Part shown: positions 1 through 9,439 of the stretch, piece after piece | How the letters are laid out: each line of letters opens with the position of its first letter | Position numbering within the stretch: position 1 is the first letter of the stretch | DNA from: a virus | Taxonomy: Duplodnaviria; Caudoviricetes | IMG/VR virus record: IMGVR_UViG_3300025305_000044 | Coordinates: 1 to 40,478 of that record | DNA length: 40,478 nt | Direction: 5' to 3' (one strand) | Program-made: the position numbers and the translations under genes | The notes under the pieces: generated by a model | What the model was told of the DNA's origin: nothing | Databases searched by the model: none | Seen by the model: the letters and a program-made list of their open reading frames with translations, nothing else

Positions 1-2
1 CA

Positions 3-857
3 TATCTAGTATCTGCTGGTGCATCGACAACGTTTACCGTTCCAGCAGCTATTGCAAAACATTTTAAAATCGGTGATGCAGTTGGAATGAATAACGTTGG
101 TACTGGATTCGACAGGACTTCTGGTTCTGCTGTTTCCGCAGTTAACACTTCTACTGGTGTAGTAACTGTTGCTAGCGGTACTGCCTATGCCGATGGTGAC
201 GTAGCATTCATCTACAGTCGGGCTGGCCTAACTTCCATTGATGACATCGTTATGGAAGACGGAGCGGTTGTGGGTGGTGGTTCTGGTGGGGCCAACGTTA
301 GGGCTTATGACTTAACTCAGGCTGGCAGGACGGCGGGTGATTGGAATGCTGGTGCTAGTGTTTCATATAACTCAGGTACGGGACGAGACTTGTCTCTAAA
401 CCTACTTGACACAGCTATTCAGAAGATTAGGGAGAATGGTGGAGAGCCGAAACTGATTCTTCTTGGGCATGACCAGTACTTTAAGCTAGAGAGGCTTTTG
501 AACTCTAACCAGAGGTACATGGGACAGGAGGAGTATCAGGTAGGTATCGGTTCAGAGCGAACTTTCCCCGGCACTCGAACTGGTCTTGTGTTAGCTACGT
601 ATCAGGGAATTCCAATTCTTCCAGATGCTGATGTGCCGAAGTCGGTTTCGACTGCGGATGCGGTGTTGGGAAGTAACGTCTATGTTTTAGATACAGACTA
701 TCTTGAAATTGCAGTTGCTCAACCTACTCAGTATGTTGAGAACCGTGACTACTTCGCAGCCAATGCGCTAGTGGTTCGTGGTTTGCTATATACCATGGCA
801 GAAATGCGATGCAAGAACATCTTTGTTCAAGCTAAGATTGCAGACTTGAACACTTAA
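3..857 (+). CDS. Major capsid protein, 5'-truncated (HK97-like fold, with an inserted beta-rich domain)
   Basis: Frame is open from position 3, so the gene starts upstream of the window. C-terminus LDTAIQKIRENGGEPKLILLG...YQGIPILPD...YVLDTDYL resembles HK97-fold capsid C-termini; followed by a hairpin and virion genes. Confidence 0.8.
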   Translation, partial: YLVSAGASTTFTVPAAIAKHFKIGDAVGMNNVGTGFDRTSGSAVSAVNTSTGVVTVASGTAYADGDVAFIYSRAGLTSIDDIVMEDGAVVGGGSGGANVRAYDLTQAGRTAGDWNAGASVSYNSGTGRDLSLNLLDTAIQKIRENGGEPKLILLGHDQYFKLERLLNSNQRYMGQEEYQVGIGSERTFPGTRTGLVLATYQGIPILPDADVPKSVSTADAVLGSNVYVLDTDYLEIAVAQPTQYVENRDYFAANALVVRGLLYTMAEMRCKNIFVQAKIADLNT

Positions 858-874
858 TAGACTCTAGGTATAAT

Positions 875-902
875 GGGGCGTAAGCTATAAATCTTACGCC
901 CC
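875..902 (+). terminator. Hairpin after capsid gene (terminator or stabiliser)
   Basis: GGGGCGTAAG/CTTACGCCCC perfect 10-bp stem, weak U-tract. Confidence 0.6.
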
Positions 903-940
903 TAATACCTTTAATAATTTTTGTAATGGAGGATAACAAT

Positions 941-1576
941 ATGGCAAAGCATACATTTAATATGGCCGATGTAACGGGCGATACTAAAGTTATTGCACGA
1001 TCTTCATACGGTTACGATTGGAATTATTTGGCCGATGATGAAACCTTTCTTTTTGGTAGTACGGACGAAACTGCTTTCAGTGTCAAAAATATGATTCCGG
1101 GTACTGGTATTTCTACTGGGTCTGGTACTGTTTGTAAAGGTTCCGTCTTGCGAATGGGGGATGTCATCGAAACAACTATTATTATAGATTTAACAGGTCT
1201 AAACTCAGGTGATGCTGACGGTGATATTATTGGTGTAGCAGCAACGGCAAACTGTCATATTGGACAGATTACCGCTGCTAAGAATGGCACCATTACTCAC
1301 GGCTATATGCAATGTGTGGAAACCCCAGCAGGTGGGGAGCCTGATATTGATTTGTTTTCTGCTACCGAAGCTACTGGTACGGAGGAAGCACTTGTCACTG
1401 GTTTGACCGAAACAGCTTTGTTGGCTACTGCGGTAGATTGGACAGGCATTCTAGCTCCTAAAGGAATTACTGCTGTTCCCGCTGCTAACGAGTATTTGTA
1501 TCTAGCCGCCTCTGGTGGGTCTACAAATGCAACTTATACGGCTGGTAAATTTATCATTAAACTTTATGGGTCTTAA
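941..1576 (+). CDS. Virion structural protein (possible capsid decoration protein)
   Basis: GGAGG SD before ATG 941; Gly/Thr/Ala-rich; directly follows capsid gene. Confidence 0.6.
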   Translation: MAKHTFNMADVTGDTKVIARSSYGYDWNYLADDETFLFGSTDETAFSVKNMIPGTGISTGSGTVCKGSVLRMGDVIETTIIIDLTGLNSGDADGDIIGVAATANCHIGQITAAKNGTITHGYMQCVETPAGGEPDIDLFSATEATGTEEALVTGLTETALLATAVDWTGILAPKGITAVPAANEYLYLAASGGSTNATYTAGKFIIKLYGS

Positions 1577-1582
1577 GTCATT

Positions 1583-1617
1583 AGGTAGCCATTTTCAGAT
1601 AGGGGTGGCTACCTTTT
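1583..1617 (+). terminator. Intrinsic terminator
   Basis: AGGTAGCCAT/GTGGCTACCT stem followed by TTT. Confidence 0.65.
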
Positions 1618-1669
1618 AATGATGGAAACGAGGTTTATATAATGTAAATTTAGAGGAAGGTGTGTATTT

Positions 1670-1942
1670 ATGGCCTCTAGAAAACAACAAGAGTCTCTTT
1701 CTATAGATTTAGCAGTTTATATGGAACGATTAGACACTTATATTTCAACGCAAAGTACTTTAAATGAAACGTTATGTAGAAGTTTAGATAAGGTTAATGA
1801 TGAGCTAGACGATTTAAGGTCATGGAGAAACAAGATGTATGGCGCTAAAGCTGTAGCAATATTTGCAGGAATTCTTTTCGCTCATGCTACAGTAGTTTTA
1901 GGAGCGATATTAGGAATAATACGATTAAGATGGGGAGTGTAA
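1670..1942 (+). CDS. Coiled-coil protein with C-terminal membrane helix (holin/XhlA-like architecture)
   Basis: Heptad-like N-terminus, hydrophobic AVAIFAGILFAHATVVLGAILGII. Confidence 0.5.
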   Translation: MASRKQQESLSIDLAVYMERLDTYISTQSTLNETLCRSLDKVNDELDDLRSWRNKMYGAKAVAIFAGILFAHATVVLGAILGIIRLRWGV

Positions 1943-1945
1943 TTT

Positions 1946-2872
1946 ATGGCAAATGAACGACATACCGATGCGAGGGGTTGGGAAATAGACTTTTCTACTA
2001 GGCAATCTGTCCATCCATATACAAGATACTCACCGTTTAGAGCAGCTACTTCAACTACAGTATCTACCTTATTTACTGTATCTAGAGGAGAAACCGCTAC
2101 TAACTGGGTAACAAATCCTAGAGTTGAGGCTGCAGATGTTACTATGTTCACGGCAACTGGTTCAGCGATATCCAGAGATACTGGGCAAGCTTCATTAGGA
2201 ACAGCTTCTTTACTTGTGAACCCAGCGAACTCCGACGCCGATGAAGGAGTTTATTGGGACTCTCCTTTAATACCTTTCAATATTAATCCTCAACATCTAA
2301 CAGTTCAGGTCGAACATCGAGGCGCATCAGCTTCAGGAGCAGTGACTCTTGAACTAATGGATTCGTCAGGTACAGTTCTTGCAACATCAGGAACAGATAG
2401 TTTAGCAACTTCTTGGAGACGATTAACAGCACAATATACAGTTGCTGGCAGTACTGCAGCCGCGGCCTATAGATTATCTATAACTACTACTGCTCAACAT
2501 AATATAAATTTTTATGTAGATAAGATTATGTTTGAGGTCAGAGAAGATACTACAGCAGTTTCTACTTATATAGATGGTGATAACGGAATTAATTATGAGT
2601 GGACAGGAACAGCTAACGCTTCTACGTCAATTAAGAAACCGGGATTAGCTCTTATTAAAGGAATATTCTTAAAGAATGAATCAGGAACTGCGGCTGATAT
2701 CGTCTATGTAGCTTTTGATACAATAGCTACTTCTACTACTGGCATACCAATATTGGGTGGTGGTACGTTAGATACAAATTGGCCTTTAGGATTTACTAAT
2801 AAGATTACCGTAATAGCTGCCCAAAATACTCCAACAGTTAGCGGAGTTGTTTGGGGAACTCATTACGCCTAG
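1946..2872 (+). CDS. Virion protein with carbohydrate-binding-like beta-sandwich domain
   Basis: Thr/Ala/Ser-rich; NWVTNP...WRRLT...FYVDKIMFE pattern typical of CBM-like phage domains. Confidence 0.55.
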   Translation: MANERHTDARGWEIDFSTRQSVHPYTRYSPFRAATSTTVSTLFTVSRGETATNWVTNPRVEAADVTMFTATGSAISRDTGQASLGTASLLVNPANSDADEGVYWDSPLIPFNINPQHLTVQVEHRGASASGAVTLELMDSSGTVLATSGTDSLATSWRRLTAQYTVAGSTAAAAYRLSITTTAQHNINFYVDKIMFEVREDTTAVSTYIDGDNGINYEWTGTANASTSIKKPGLALIKGIFLKNESGTAADIVYVAFDTIATSTTGIPILGGGTLDTNWPLGFTNKITVIAAQNTPTVSGVVWGTHYA

Positions 2873-2884
2873 GAAGAGAATATA

Positions 2885-4507
2885 ATGAGTATTGATCTCT
2901 ATTCATGGGCATCAGATGATGCTGAAATAATGCTATTAGAAAAAGCTCAAAACGGTAGAACTACTGTTGAGGATATTCAAGGTGCATTAGAGGAATATCA
3001 AAAATTGTGGAAAGCTGGAATAGCTTCTAAAGCTGAGGTTTTAACACTCTCTCGTGCCTTTCCCGATGCTCCTGAATATACAGAAGCTGCTCAAGAATTT
3101 AATATTTCTGAACCATTAGTTATCGGTGGCCCAGCCTCTGTAGAATTAATTGATAGAGAAGGTCATATGATAACAACCGATGCTTTGGAACGGGCCTTTA
3201 AACGCTATATGGCTAACTTTCGTACTCGTAATGCTATGGTACTCCATAGTGATGTTCAAGTAGGTTGGGCATTACCAGCTTATATAAGTAAAGGTGGACA
3301 GATTTTTAAGTCTGGTGTAGACGATAAAGGACTATATTTTATTTGTGAAATCAGAGATGACACTCGTATAGCGCAAAGAGTTATAGATCAAATAAATGAC
3401 GGTAAGCTTAAAAGTTATTCTATTGCTGGATCAGCCACTAAGACTCAAAACATGCAGAAAGGCTTAATGCCTTATATGCAAGTAGATGAAATGGAACTTG
3501 CAGAAGTAACTGTATGTGAAAAGGGAGTCAATCAGGGGGCTGGGTTTGACTTATTAAAGAGTCTGTCTACACCACAAGGTTCTTGTATTGATGGAAGTTG
3601 TTTGATTAAACTGGAGAAACGTGATGGTCAACTCAGTCCCGTAGAAGCAGGATTACGACAAGCCACTCCACCAGAATTAGAGGTTGGTATTAAATGTGAA
3701 TCATGTCAGTATTTTATACGAACCGCTGAGGATGAGGTTGGAACGTGTGAATTGGTCATGGGTGATATACATTCTGAGGATTGGTGTAAATTGTATAGTC
3801 CTAATTTATCTTCTGAAGGAGGTGATCCAACATCTAGCGTAGGAAATAAACTTAATGTATTGGAGATAGTACTTATGGAAAATAAAAAAGGAAACATAGA
3901 TTTTATTAAATCATTTGGTAAATGGCAGGAATTACAAAAATCTGAGGATTGTGCATGTATTGTAGTTGGTCATGATACTATATCTGTCTTTACAGATATA
4001 TTAGCTAAAGCAGATAAAGACCCCTTGAATAATGGCAAATCTTTCAATACCTTACATAACTATGCTGCACGAGATGCGGAACATCATCAACTACTAAGAG
4101 AATATGGTTTTCCTTCGGAGCAACCCCTTGAAGGAATGAGGTATACACCTGTTGTAGAAGTGGAAACTAATGATTGGGGAATACCAATAAATCATAAACC
4201 TCCATGGACAGTTAATGAAGCTGGTCAAGAACTAGGAGATAAGTTAGATGAAGACTCTCCTGATTATCATAAGTCTGCAGCAGCTAAGGCTAGAAAGGCT
4301 GCAGCAGAATCTGATCATCCATGGTATTCACCAGAGATAAGTATAACTAAACAATTTCTAAACTATATGGATTTATTTAAAGCGGAGAATAATCCGTTTG
4401 CGATAGCTACTTCCCAAGCTAAAAAGCAGGGACATAGCAATTTTAAAGAAGGAAGTGTTGGGGATTCCCAAAGGAAGAAAATTGCTGAAGCAATAAAAAG
4501 AAATTAA
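2885..4507 (+). CDS. HK97-family prohead protease with long C-terminal extension
   Basis: VIGGPASVELIDREGH, MVLH (His), YSIAG (Ser), LAEVTVCEKGVNQGA motifs. Confidence 0.8.
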   Translation: MSIDLYSWASDDAEIMLLEKAQNGRTTVEDIQGALEEYQKLWKAGIASKAEVLTLSRAFPDAPEYTEAAQEFNISEPLVIGGPASVELIDREGHMITTDALERAFKRYMANFRTRNAMVLHSDVQVGWALPAYISKGGQIFKSGVDDKGLYFICEIRDDTRIAQRVIDQINDGKLKSYSIAGSATKTQNMQKGLMPYMQVDEMELAEVTVCEKGVNQGAGFDLLKSLSTPQGSCIDGSCLIKLEKRDGQLSPVEAGLRQATPPELEVGIKCESCQYFIRTAEDEVGTCELVMGDIHSEDWCKLYSPNLSSEGGDPTSSVGNKLNVLEIVLMENKKGNIDFIKSFGKWQELQKSEDCACIVVGHDTISVFTDILAKADKDPLNNGKSFNTLHNYAARDAEHHQLLREYGFPSEQPLEGMRYTPVVEVETNDWGIPINHKPPWTVNEAGQELGDKLDEDSPDYHKSAAAKARKAAAESDHPWYSPEISITKQFLNYMDLFKAENNPFAIATSQAKKQGHSNFKEGSVGDSQRKKIAEAIKRN

Positions 4508-4525
4508 GAACTAGAGGAGGTTTAT

Positions 4526-4768
4526 ATGTTTGGTTTTATATCGAACTTTCTAAGAGCGTTGGCACATCGGGAAGAGAATACTAGAGCTTTAGATAATTAT
4601 TATCGCATAGAATACGCAAATGAGCTTGATAAACTTCCTCCATCTGTTAAATTGCTCAGGATTCAAGACCTGTGGGGAAACTATACTTATGAATATAAAA
4701 TCATAAGTAATCAGCATATTAAGAAATACAGCACAGCCTTAAAAAATTATAGGGGGTTGAAAAGATAA
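4526..4768 (+). CDS. Hypothetical protein
   Basis: GAGGAGG SD, 80 aa. Confidence 0.6.
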   Translation: MFGFISNFLRALAHREENTRALDNYYRIEYANELDKLPPSVKLLRIQDLWGNYTYEYKIISNQHIKKYSTALKNYRGLKR

Positions 4769-4917
4769 TGGGTAAAGTAAGACCGCAAATATTTTTAGCG
4801 ATTCTTGTGCTAGGAATTTTAGCTGGAATAGGCGCTATGAATGGAGTACCTGAGCTTGCAACCGCAACAATTGGTGGAATCATAGCTTTGGGTATGAAAG
4901 TACTAGAAAATGAGTAA
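4768..4917 (+). CDS. Small two-helix membrane protein, 49 aa (not in ORF track)
   Basis: MGKVRPQIFLAILVLGILAGIGAMNGVPELATATIGGIIALGMKVLENE; TAATG stop/start coupling. Confidence 0.7.
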   Translation: MGKVRPQIFLAILVLGILAGIGAMNGVPELATATIGGIIALGMKVLENE

Positions 4918-4932
4918 AGGGGGATCATATTC

Positions 4933-5154
4933 ATGGTATATGTATACGAAGCTGAATTAACTAGTTGTTCTTGTATAGAAACAGGAAATTGTAGTTGTCT
5001 TGAAAATTATGGAGCAGAATGTGATTGTGAGTGTGATTGTGTTCTATGCATAATGAACGAGAACAAAGAATATAATAGTTGTGGTTGTGGTGGAAATTGT
5101 TCTTGTGGAAAATATTCTGAAGAGAATTATTTAAATGAACTTGGTGATGATTAA
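4933..5154 (+). CDS. Cys-rich metallothionein-like protein
   Basis: 13 Cys in 73 aa, mostly CxC (CSC, CDCECDC, CGCGGNCSC). Confidence 0.6.
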   Translation: MVYVYEAELTSCSCIETGNCSCLENYGAECDCECDCVLCIMNENKEYNSCGCGGNCSCGKYSEENYLNELGDD

Positions 5155-5191
5155 TGAGCGGTTTCCATAGTCATTTAAGGACTAAAACACT

Positions 5192-5485
5192 ATGACTTAT
5201 ATAGTTACTTCAACTTGTGTAGATGTATTAGATAAAGCATGTTTAGATGTTTGTCCAGTGGACTGTATTTACCTTGAGGAGGGTGTAGACCGTATGGTGT
5301 ACATTGCTCCTGATGAATGTATAGATTGTGCTGCATGTGAGCCTGTATGCCCAGTAAATTCAATTTTTGCTGAAGATAGTGTACCCGAAGCTGAAAAAGC
5401 TTATATTCCCCTCAATTATGATTACTTTGAAAAAGATAAAGATACAGTAAGAGCAACACTAAATGAAATGGTTCCTGTAAAATAA
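5192..5485 (+). CDS. fdxA: 7Fe ([3Fe-4S]+[4Fe-4S]) ferredoxin
   Basis: MTYIV..CVDVLDKACLDVCPVDCIY and CIDCAACEPVCPV motifs. Confidence 0.9.
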   Translation: MTYIVTSTCVDVLDKACLDVCPVDCIYLEEGVDRMVYIAPDECIDCAACEPVCPVNSIFAEDSVPEAEKAYIPLNYDYFEKDKDTVRATLNEMVPVK

Positions 5486-5656
5486 AAGGAGATTATGCCT
5501 TTCAAAACAGGGCTTTTAAACTCTTGGGTAATGGTATAGGTCATCTTTTATCTTTAAAGCCCCTCTACGGGCTTCCTAGAGCGCCTTAGCTTTGGCAAAA
5601 CATGTAGAAATTAGGAAAAACGCCTAAAAACTCCTTATTTAGTATAAAAATAGCAA

Positions 5657-6013
5657 ATGACTACAGAAATAATAATCGACTTACCATACTCCCCATTACC
5701 TAATCAAGTCGAAATTAAAAATTCGTCGATACATGGTTTAGGTTTGTTTTCTGTGAAAGACATTCCACAAGGAATAGAGCTTGGAATAACACATATTAAA
5801 CATAAGTTATTTCCAAATGGATGGATAAGAACTCCGTTAGGTGGATTTTACAATCATTATGAAAAACCTAACTGTTTTATCACAGATAAATTATTAATAG
5901 ATAATACAGCAGTCAAAATATTGGTAACACTAGAACACATTCCAACGGATACAGAATTAACTTGTAAGTATTCTTTGTGGAATATTGATGTTTTATTAAA
6001 GCATATAGTTTAG
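5657..6013 (+). CDS. SET-domain protein (putative lysine methyltransferase)
   Basis: SSIHGLGLF, GGFYNH...PNC, ELTCKY. Confidence 0.8.
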   Translation: MTTEIIIDLPYSPLPNQVEIKNSSIHGLGLFSVKDIPQGIELGITHIKHKLFPNGWIRTPLGGFYNHYEKPNCFITDKLLIDNTAVKILVTLEHIPTDTELTCKYSLWNIDVLLKHIV

Positions 6014-6489
6014 TTATAATATTTTACATGCTTTCTATCAAAAGAATCTTGAAGGTCTTGTCTCGCTTTCTCATTAATAAACTTTCCAACTAGTTGTAAA
6101 TAAGTTTTAGTGAAATTTGGCCCATGATGATCTGCTGGGCCTTTCTGATAATTAATTACATGAGCCATCTCATGACAGATAAATGGAATCCTTTTTACTA
6201 CATTAGATGGAATGGCTACATAAGTGGGGGTAGCATAAGCAATATGTTTTGCAAGCCTTCTTCTAATGCTAGTTGGAATGGTTTTCTTGTTACCGGTATA
6301 GAGAATAGGCTTCTCAATATTTGCCCATGTAGAAACAGAATGAATTAGTTGTTCTGCCTTTGTTTGAGATGTCTGAGGATGTATATGCCAGAACATACAT
6401 TGTTCTTCCGCATCATACACTTTCTGTCTTTGAAAATCTCTTATATGGATGTTTGGAATAGAATCACTATCTATAGCTCTCATCAACAT
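6010..6489 (-). CDS. HExxH zinc metallohydrolase (Rv0185/SprT-like)
   Basis: RDFQRQKVYDAE, CHEMAH, HHGPNF. Confidence 0.7.
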   Translation of the reverse strand: MLMRAIDSDSIPNIHIRDFQRQKVYDAEEQCMFWHIHPQTSQTKAEQLIHSVSTWANIEKPILYTGNKKTIPTSIRRRLAKHIAYATPTYVAIPSNVVKRIPFICHEMAHVINYQKGPADHHGPNFTKTYLQLVGKFINEKARQDLQDSFDRKHVKYYN

Positions 6490-6501
6490 ATTTCCTGCTG
6501 T

Positions 6502-7338
6502 TTAAGCATTTTCGGACTGTGGAGATAATCCTTCCCCTTCCAACAAAACAGATTTAAGAGCGTCCTTTCGTCTAGCATCCCTACGTTCCATAGCAGAATA
6601 ATAATTATCTGAATCATCGTAAAGGAACTTTAATTCCTGATGGTCTATAAATTCATAGATACGTTCTGGATGTGTAGAAAAGCCCATCCAAGTCATTACA
6701 TCTACCCCGAAACCTAATTGAATGGCTGTGATACGGCTAGTTAACCCAAGTAAATATCCACTACCGTGGAACAATCCACCCCCCGAATTACCAAAAATAC
6801 TGGGAGCGTTGGTCATAAGATAGGACTTTTGCTCAATCATCTCTCGTAGATATGTTAAAGAACCTTGAGAAGAGAATGGGTCATGGAGCAATGAACATCC
6901 AGATACCCATACATCATCAAACAGCTTTAAATTCTCAAGTTCGCCTTTAGGATAGAGAGTTGCTACATAAGGCATCTGTCTAGGATTATTTAATCTAATA
7001 GCCGCTACATCATGATTTTTATCATAGGCAATAATCTTTCCTGTAGTCGAATTTGCAGATACTACTTTAGAACCTTCATAATCAAATACTTCTACAGTAA
7101 CTTCTTCAAGAATATCTTTCTTGACTTGACGTTTTAATACTGCATCCCACTCATCAATTATTTTAATATTCCCATCTATAACATGCTCACAGGTTAGAGC
7201 AATATTTATAAAGTTACCCTCATGTTTAAGGTCTGGAGCAGAATAAATTAATACTCCACTTCCACCTGCTTGTCCAGCCCTAACTCTTGTAACTGGATAT
7301 AAAATACGTTCGTGTAGTTCTTGTTGTGTTAAGCTCAT
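6502..7338 (-). CDS. Trypsin-like serine protease
   Basis: GSGVL, TCEHV (His), HDVA (Asp), GNSGG (Ser). Confidence 0.85.
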   Translation of the reverse strand: MSLTQQELHERILYPVTRVRAGQAGGSGVLIYSAPDLKHEGNFINIALTCEHVIDGNIKIIDEWDAVLKRQVKKDILEEVTVEVFDYEGSKVVSANSTTGKIIAYDKNHDVAAIRLNNPRQMPYVATLYPKGELENLKLFDDVWVSGCSLLHDPFSSQGSLTYLREMIEQKSYLMTNAPSIFGNSGGGLFHGSGYLLGLTSRITAIQLGFGVDVMTWMGFSTHPERIYEFIDHQELKFLYDDSDNYYSAMERRDARRKDALKSVLLEGEGLSPQSENA

Positions 7339-7348
7339 TTCAAGCCCC

Positions 7349-7582
7349 CTATTCGGGAATGATAAGGTTGTCCAATGCTTTAATTGTAGCAGTACTGAAC
7401 TCTTTGAGTTCTTTGACCAATGCTTTCTTTTCAGCCATAGTAATTTTTTTGTCTTTCATGGCTTTTCCAAGAGATTGTACCACATCAAGGGCTTCCTTAA
7501 TAATGTTTTTAGCTGCAGCCGACTGTCCCGCATTTAATTGGATAAATGTTATGGCTAGGTTTATAATTGCCAGTGGATTCAT
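7349..7582 (-). CDS. Hypothetical protein
   Basis: AAGGAG SD, same orientation as flanking minus-strand genes. Confidence 0.65.
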   Translation of the reverse strand: MNPLAIINLAITFIQLNAGQSAAAKNIIKEALDVVQSLGKAMKDKKITMAEKKALVKELKEFSTATIKALDNLIIPE

Positions 7583-7632
7583 GTTTTTTTTCTCCTTACT
7601 TTTAGACTTGATAAGAACCTTATTGAAATGGA

Positions 7633-8052
7633 TTATGCTCTATTGGAGTCTTCTTTATCCTTATTGGAATAAGTTTCTCCCTTAAACTCATCTTTCAATC
7701 TGTATTGAGGTGTCTGTGCATGACAGTTAGGACATAAGAGTCTTAGATTATTTAATCTATTATCCTCATTGTTTCCATTAATGTGATCTAACTGTAACGG
7801 AATGGTTTCTCCTACCCAGAACACACGTAAACAAATAGCACATTGTGGTTCCAAATAACCTTCATTTAGTAGACGTACCTTAAGTTTATCTGATTGCATA
7901 GGCACTTTATTATTCAAGTACTCTTTCATCTCTCTAGTTTTCAGTAACATCTGAGGATAGATGTCTAGCTCACTAGTCTTCATGGCTTTCTGAACATCCC
8001 ATTTAGTTCTAAATGGTCGTACACCCTCTGCTATAAATCGTTTACGAATCAT
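7633..8052 (-). CDS. HNH endonuclease
   Basis: CAIC...LDHINGNNEDNRLNNLRLLCPNCH; AGGAGG SD. Confidence 0.9.
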   Translation of the reverse strand: MIRKRFIAEGVRPFRTKWDVQKAMKTSELDIYPQMLLKTREMKEYLNNKVPMQSDKLKVRLLNEGYLEPQCAICLRVFWVGETIPLQLDHINGNNEDNRLNNLRLLCPNCHAQTPQYRLKDEFKGETYSNKDKEDSNRA

Positions 8053-8099
8053 AAGTATACCTCCTATTTTATTATACTATATTGAGATAAAAAGTCGAG

Positions 8100-8128
8100 T
8101 TGCGTCCAAACGAAAATTGTGCTAAACT
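8100..8128 (+). promoter_or_regulatory. sigma70-type early promoter
   Basis: TTGCGT-17-TAAACT with extended -10 TG. Confidence 0.65.
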
Positions 8129-8269
8129 TGAAAACATCCAACGAAAAAGGAGGCACGAAACGCTTATGATGATAGTTAACCCAATAAAGTTTTGGTTATT
8201 TTTGATGGTGGGAGGTATGTTTTCAATGGCATTTTGCGGAATGTGATTAGTTTAGAGAGAGGAGGAAAG

Positions 8270-8554
8270 GTGCTAATAGATAAAGAAACGGCTATTCAAA
8301 TGATTAAATATAGTAAAGGAAAGATTTTTGGAGTGACCTTTGTAAAGCGTACCACAGGAGATATAAGAAACATGTCAGCAAGGCTAGGAGTTTCTAAAAG
8401 TGTTACTGGTGAAGGACTAAGATATGACCCTGAAAGTAAACAACTTATGACTGTGTATGATATGCACAAGAAACAATATAGAATGTTAAATACAGAAACT
8501 CTGTACAAATTGAATATGAAAGGTCATGAATACTCTATAGCTCAAGTAGTATAG
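8270..8554 (+). CDS. SH3-like beta-barrel phage protein (DUF2693/WYL_2-like)
   Basis: GGAGG then GTG 8270; FGVTFVKRTTGDIRNM...YDMHKKQYR. Confidence 0.6.
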   Translation: MLIDKETAIQMIKYSKGKIFGVTFVKRTTGDIRNMSARLGVSKSVTGEGLRYDPESKQLMTVYDMHKKQYRMLNTETLYKLNMKGHEYSIAQVV

Positions 8555-8561
8555 AGAAAAT

Positions 8562-8591
8562 TTGACAAAGTATCAAGTTTTGTGGTAAACT
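8562..8591 (+). promoter_or_regulatory. sigma70-type early promoter
   Basis: TTGACA-18-TAAACT, extended -10 TG. Confidence 0.75.
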
Positions 8592-8632
8592 TGAATCAAG
8601 CGAAAACGCTACATTTTAGGAGGTTACATATT

Positions 8633-8920
8633 ATGCAGATACAGAATGAATCCAAAGAGAAGTTTGTGTTGAGGGTGGAGAATACTTTCAAGGGTAATCA
8701 GTTTATTAAGAGTTTGAAGAAGCATCTTAATAAGAATACTTATGATATACGAGTTCGTTATTCTGGTAAGCGTCCAAAGGGTACTCCCCAAGCGTCTACT
8801 CGTAAAGAGAATGCTACTTCTATGCGAGTATACATTACTGATACTGAGCGTGAACAAGATACACAGATTCGATATTATGACTTACTTAGGGCTTACAAAG
8901 ACCTAGCTAAGTTAGTATAA
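8633..8920 (+). CDS. Hypothetical early protein
   Basis: AGGAGG SD, ATG 8633 downstream of promoter. Confidence 0.7.
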   Translation: MQIQNESKEKFVLRVENTFKGNQFIKSLKKHLNKNTYDIRVRYSGKRPKGTPQASTRKENATSMRVYITDTEREQDTQIRYYDLLRAYKDLAKLV

Positions 8921-8942
8921 TAGAATAAACCTACACTGAAGT

Positions 8943-8970
8943 AGACCTGAGCATGTCTTTAAACTGCTCA
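8943..8970 (+). ncRNA. Repeated H-type pseudoknot motif, copy 1
   Basis: AGAC-CTGAGCAT-GTCT-TTAAAC-TGCTCA. Confidence 0.65.
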
Positions 8971-8996
8971 ATTTTTATTATGTAAGGATGTGAATA

Positions 8997-9182
8997 ATGC
9001 CAATCTTTGAAATCGTTTCTCTAGAAGAGGCTTTGGAGGCAACTAAAGTTGATAGGTGGTTGTCCGAAAAGTTTGGGGACGAATATGAATATGAGCTACC
9101 TCACTGTCCAGAATGTAATGGCACTAATCTGAATGATGCAGTAACCCTATGTTGGGATTGTCTTGCATCAGACTATCAATAA
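8997..9182 (+). CDS. Small zinc-ribbon protein
   Basis: CPEC...CWDC. Confidence 0.65.
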   Translation: MPIFEIVSLEEALEATKVDRWLSEKFGDEYEYELPHCPECNGTNLNDAVTLCWDCLASDYQ

Positions 9183-9196
9183 GGAGGACAATACGC

Positions 9197-9439
9197 ATGG
9201 ATCATGAAATGCAATGGACAGACATGGATTTATTGTTGCAAACAAATGAAGAACATAGAAAGTTAAATGGTGAACTAAGAGTAGAGAATAAGTTACTTAG
9301 AGAAACTGTAGAAGAACTTTATGATGTAATGTCTAATATAGATTTTTCTAGCCAACCTCTCTTAAAGTATAACGATATGCCATGGAAGAAATGGGAAGCT
9401 GTAGTTGAGAAAGAACCTGTTCAATTAAAGTTATTTTAA
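9197..9439 (+). CDS. Hypothetical protein (coiled coil, C-terminal QLKLF)
   Basis: AGGAGG SD before ATG 9197; QLKLF resembles a beta-clamp-binding motif. Confidence 0.6.
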   Translation: MDHEMQWTDMDLLLQTNEEHRKLNGELRVENKLLRETVEELYDVMSNIDFSSQPLLKYNDMPWKKWEAVVEKEPVQLKLF

